A stretch of DNA of 37,638 bases from a virus (Duplodnaviria > Caudoviricetes), in the IMG/VR virus record IMGVR_UViG_3300011338_000863, positions 1 through 37,638 of that record. One strand, 5' to 3'. Below, in pieces: positions 33,835 through 37,638 of the stretch; the first letter of the stretch is position 1; each line of letters starts with the position of its first letter. Below the pieces are notes generated by a model. That model was not told the DNA's origin. It did not search any database and worked only from the letters and a program-made list of their open reading frames with translations. A program made the position numbers and the translations under genes.

Positions 33835-36140
33835 TGGCACGACGAATTAGAACCCAGGAATACGGGGATAACATTTTTTTGACGTCTTCTTCTGGGATTA
33901 AGAAAATCGAAGATGTCACCTTGCCGATCACGGAAGCGGGCATGCCTATCCCGCTTGATTTGGAGTTGACCTCACAGTCTCCAAGCGCGGGTCACCCATC
34001 GACGTTCACCACCAATGAGATTTTCAGGTATCGGACGTTATGGGGTCTTAAGGACGCCAACAATAACTTGATTCTCGGGCCGCCCTCTCAGGGGCAGATT
34101 GTTTTTGCGGCTGGAGCGACCCAGGACGTCAGCATTGTGATCCGGATCCCATCAGGAATCACTACGCGCCATTTCTTGCAAATATACCGCTCTCGCAAGA
34201 CCACGTCGCCGACTCTCCCGGTTGACGAATTGTTCTTGGTTTACGAAGCAAACCCGACTGGCGCAGAAATCGCCGCGGGGCAAATGACAGTCGAAGATTA
34301 TCGAGAGGAAATTATCCTTGGCGGACCGATTTACACCAATGCCAGCCAAGACGGGATCATCCAGTCCAATTTCTCGCCGCCTTATGCGACAGACATCGCC
34401 TTGTTCAAAGACTTCATGTTTTACTCGAACACTAGGCAAAAGCAGCAACTTAACATCGCCTTAATCGGTCTTTTTGACCTGGTTTCCGGAACAAGCACGA
34501 TAACGATTGGGACAACGACTTATACCTTCATCGCCTGCGCCGACGCGACGATTACCACTGCGCCCACGGGCGAGAATGCGGCTCTCGGGCGTTTTGTCTA
34601 CTACACGGCCATAGCTTCACGCGCTGAGGCTATAAGAGGAACAGCTGAGAGCTTGGTCAGGGTCATTAACAAGTATGCCTCGAATACCGCATATTATGCG
34701 TCTTATGTCTCGGAATACGGAGACACCCCCGGGCAGATTTACCTTTATGAGCGCAGCCTCGGCGGTTCAGCCTTCAGTGTCACGGCCAACACCACGGCTA
34801 CTGGTCGAAATTTTGAGCCAAAGTTCCCGACATCTGGAACAACGGTCATCAGCGACAATAATAGTCGTCCGAACTGGATCTATTACAGCAAATACCAACA
34901 ACCGGAAGCTGTTCCTTATGTCAATTATCTACCCGTGGGAGCGCAAAACGATCAAATTCAGAGGATTATTGCGCTTCGAGACAGTCTTATTATCATCAAA
35001 GAGCGCACTATCTGGCGACTAACGGGTACATCGGAGAACAGCTTCTCGGTGTCCATCCTTGATAACACGGTAACTGTTGGCGATCGTTATGACTCCGCCG
35101 CGGTGCTGAACAACCAAGTTCACTGTCTAACCAACCAGGGCGTTGGTGCCATCAGTGATACCGGCGTGCAAATATTGAGCCGTCCGGAGGAGTTCAATCT
35201 CACTTATCCAACTATCGGCGGAGATGGGTTCAGTATAGGTATTGGCCATGAGCAGATGCGCCTGTACGTGCTGTGCACATTCGACCCAGAGTTTAAACAA
35301 GAGGCCGTCACTAATCCAGCCGAATACGCCTATCCATACTCTTGCTACGTCTACAACATTGCAACTTACCAATGGTCGCGTTGGCTTATTAATTCCAATT
35401 GCTTCGCGATCTATAACGACCTCCTTTATTACGGACTTAATAACAATTTTGGACACGTTCTCAAACAGCGTGTCTACGCTTACGATTTTTACGACGAAAG
35501 CGGAACCGTAACCATATCGGCCATCAACACGACGACCAAGGAAGTCACATTCTCGCTTACCCCGACTGTTAATTATGACGGGTATTACACTCAGTTTGGT
35601 TATGGTTACGAAGATAACCTTGACGCCGGTTGGTTGATTGTCCAGGGGGACAATAAATACGTTGTTGACCGGGTGACCGCTTCTAATAAGGCCATCCTCA
35701 ATACTGTAACCGCACTGACGACCGGAGCGAAGACCTATTACCGCTCGATTCCGAAGCACATCGAATACTCACCATTGACCAACGGCAATGCTGCTCTGAT
35801 GAAGCAATACACAGACATCATGGTCGTTGGTCAGTTCGATGAAATGTACAAGATGCGCATGGAATTCGCCAATGAGCGGGACAGCAAAAAATACTTTAAT
35901 TATTACACCTATTCCGCAGCACTTGAAGGCATGGACATCATCACCAATGACGTGAGTTCGACATTCACCAACACTGGGGCGACGAAGTTCAAGCGTTTGA
36001 GGACCGCCGTGCCGAAGAAAAAGCAAATGGGTGGACAACTTAGCGTCAAGATAAGGCATAACGTGGCCGGATCCAGGATGGCGATTAAGGCAATATCAAT
36101 TAAGAGTCGAGTCATCGATTCAGATAGGTTGGTCCAATGA
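33834..36140 (+). CDS. Tail nozzle / tail tubular protein B-like
   Basis: 768 aa; PPYATDIALFKDFMFYSN, IYYSKYQQPEAVP, I.ALRDSLIIIKE..IWRLTG beta-propeller motifs. Confidence 0.7.
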   Translation: MARRIRTQEYGDNIFLTSSSGIKKIEDVTLPITEAGMPIPLDLELTSQSPSAGHPSTFTTNEIFRYRTLWGLKDANNNLILGPPSQGQIVFAAGATQDVSIVIRIPSGITTRHFLQIYRSRKTTSPTLPVDELFLVYEANPTGAEIAAGQMTVEDYREEIILGGPIYTNASQDGIIQSNFSPPYATDIALFKDFMFYSNTRQKQQLNIALIGLFDLVSGTSTITIGTTTYTFIACADATITTAPTGENAALGRFVYYTAIASRAEAIRGTAESLVRVINKYASNTAYYASYVSEYGDTPGQIYLYERSLGGSAFSVTANTTATGRNFEPKFPTSGTTVISDNNSRPNWIYYSKYQQPEAVPYVNYLPVGAQNDQIQRIIALRDSLIIIKERTIWRLTGTSENSFSVSILDNTVTVGDRYDSAAVLNNQVHCLTNQGVGAISDTGVQILSRPEEFNLTYPTIGGDGFSIGIGHEQMRLYVLCTFDPEFKQEAVTNPAEYAYPYSCYVYNIATYQWSRWLINSNCFAIYNDLLYYGLNNNFGHVLKQRVYAYDFYDESGTVTISAINTTTKEVTFSLTPTVNYDGYYTQFGYGYEDNLDAGWLIVQGDNKYVVDRVTASNKAILNTVTALTTGAKTYYRSIPKHIEYSPLTNGNAALMKQYTDIMVVGQFDEMYKMRMEFANERDSKKYFNYYTYSAALEGMDIITNDVSSTFTNTGATKFKRLRTAVPKKKQMGGQLSVKIRHNVAGSRMAIKAISIKSRVIDSDRLVQ

Positions 36141-36508
36141 AATTTTCATCGATAAACAAGCTTAGCAAGGAAGACTTTGCGGACTCACCAGAATGGTTCA
36201 CTCGCTTCCTGGACACGTTCAATATCTTCTTGGACGAGACTTTGTTGGCCTTGCGCGGTCAATTTAGCCTATTGGAGAATGCTTTGGTGCAGGTTATCGA
36301 GTTCCCATTCACTCATAACGTGGCTTCCAGCTTCCAGAACAAGATTAAGGGGAAACCCAAGGGGATTATCCCGATTTTCGCACAAGACAACATGATCGTG
36401 GGGTATTCGTATTCCTACACGCAGAAAAATGAGTTATCAATCACCTTGAAGTTCGATGCGGCCGGCACCACCCAGGCTAACTGCATCGTGCTTGTCGTGG
36501 GGGGCTAG
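36137..36508 (+). CDS. Small tail-associated structural protein
   Basis: 123-aa ORF coupled to the nozzle gene. Confidence 0.55.
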   Translation: MKFSSINKLSKEDFADSPEWFTRFLDTFNIFLDETLLALRGQFSLLENALVQVIEFPFTHNVASSFQNKIKGKPKGIIPIFAQDNMIVGYSYSYTQKNELSITLKFDAAGTTQANCIVLVVGG

Positions 36509-36509
36509 G

Positions 36510-37638
36510 ATGGCCTATTTCAATCGGCTGTTCGGCGTTAATCAAAATAACGACGCGAATCAGCAGAACAATTCACCTTCTCAGTTGTTACAGCTCAACA
36601 ATTCTGGCGGAGCCGCAGGATTTAGCTCGGGAGGCGGTGTTACTCAAGCTGCCGCGCCGGTTCAGAAGGATAACGGACCGACCAGAAGCGGCATGAACTT
36701 CATTAACTCACAGCGCTATTTTGACCAGAACCCTGGCCAGAATTTCGCCAGTAAAATCAATGCGCGCGCCGACGACGTGTCACGTAATGAGGTGGCCAGC
36801 AACAGCAACGCGAATCAGCCATTGCAAAGCTATTCGGGAAGCTTCTGGCACCCTCAGGATGTCGACGAAGGACACATTAAGAGCGCAATTGGTAATCTAA
36901 CGTGGAACAAGGGTACTCCCCAGTACGAAGATGCTTACGGGTACCTGTCCGGCCTGCTAAATGTTGACTTCAAAGACCCTGGGCGCGCCTCTTGGACTCC
37001 GAGCGACAAGTTTACCCAAACCAAGGACATGTTCAATACGAGTGTCGCCGACGATAAGGGGAAAAACAACCTCATCAAGAGTTTTTCGACTAATCCTAAT
37101 CGGTACACTGGAGGAGAATTAGCTTTGGACCGCTTGCTTTTCGGTGGCGACGCTCAGGCCAATGAGGCATTGACCAAGTCAACTGCGAAGCTGAACTCAA
37201 CGGCAGATTCAATCAAGGCGTACAATGACGATCTCAACGCGACAATCGAAAAGCAAAAGAGCACCGAGGCGGATAATGCTAAGCGCGCGCGCCAGATTAT
37301 GACCGGGATTTACGACCAGAACAAGGATATTATCGGGAACGGTAAATCTGTTTGGGACGTTGATGGAACCGGTTCGCCTTTCTCTGGGACAAGCAATGAC
37401 CAGAGGCAGACTGGAACAGCGACAAGAAACACCACCTTGGACCAGTATCGGTCTTTAGCCAAATTGCTTGGAATAGACCCCGGTGAAATTCAAATCAATC
37501 CGAACGTGGTGCAGCAAGAGGCCAAGGACTCGAACGCTTCATGGGTTAACGATCCGAACAATCCGATTAACGCGGATCAGGCATTGGACGTGTCCAAGTT
37601 GCCTCCAGAATTATTGAAACACGTGCTTCGTGCTCAAG
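36510..37638 (+). CDS. Putative internal virion/ejection protein (about 381 aa when joined across the junction to 144)
   Basis: ATG 36510 MAYFNRLFGVNQNNDANQQ..., open to the window end and in frame with positions 1-144. Missing from the ORF track because it wraps. Confidence 0.8.
   Translation, partial: MAYFNRLFGVNQNNDANQQNNSPSQLLQLNNSGGAAGFSSGGGVTQAAAPVQKDNGPTRSGMNFINSQRYFDQNPGQNFASKINARADDVSRNEVASNSNANQPLQSYSGSFWHPQDVDEGHIKSAIGNLTWNKGTPQYEDAYGYLSGLLNVDFKDPGRASWTPSDKFTQTKDMFNTSVADDKGKNNLIKSFSTNPNRYTGGELALDRLLFGGDAQANEALTKSTAKLNSTADSIKAYNDDLNATIEKQKSTEADNAKRARQIMTGIYDQNKDIIGNGKSVWDVDGTGSPFSGTSNDQRQTGTATRNTTLDQYRSLAKLLGIDPGEIQINPNVVQQEAKDSNASWVNDPNNPINADQALDVSKLPPELLKHVLRAQ
37512..37638. repeat. 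Terminal direct repeat, copy 2
   Basis: Identical to 1..127. Confidence 0.97.

Overview
This window appears to be a complete, circularly assembled ~37.5 kb tailed phage genome with podovirus-like organisation; the first and last 127 nt are identical. The late/structural module (20.2-37.6 kb, wrapping to 4.3 kb) encodes TerS, TerL, portal, scaffold, major capsid, tail adaptor/nozzle/fibre, an amidase-holin-spanin lysis cassette and probable ejection proteins. The replication/recombination genes are an ssDNA annealing protein, SSB, a VRR-NUC nuclease and an initiator-like pair. I recognise no DNA polymerase or integrase. The most notable part is a rightward early gene cluster (6.16-15.3 kb) that looks like a counter-defence/RNA-repair island. 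It runs: HTH regulator, a Prs-like plus NAMPT-like pair (NARP1-type NAD+ reconstitution), a tandem array of six small structured RNAs, a DUF2828-type (Ro60/TROVE-like + vWA) protein, a second vWA protein, five tRNAs, two long tRNA-shaped RNAs of unknown class, and a DRB0094/Rnl5-family RNA ligase. Each of the six RNAs has a different 7-8 bp terminal stem followed by an invariant ACAGCA motif. Three carry circularly permuted tRNA-like modules (as in YrlA-type Y RNAs), and one carries a D/anticodon/T module with a UUA anticodon loop. The array plus the Ro-like protein is the best candidate for an undescribed ribonucleoprotein system. All family assignments come from motif recognition by eye, not database searches.
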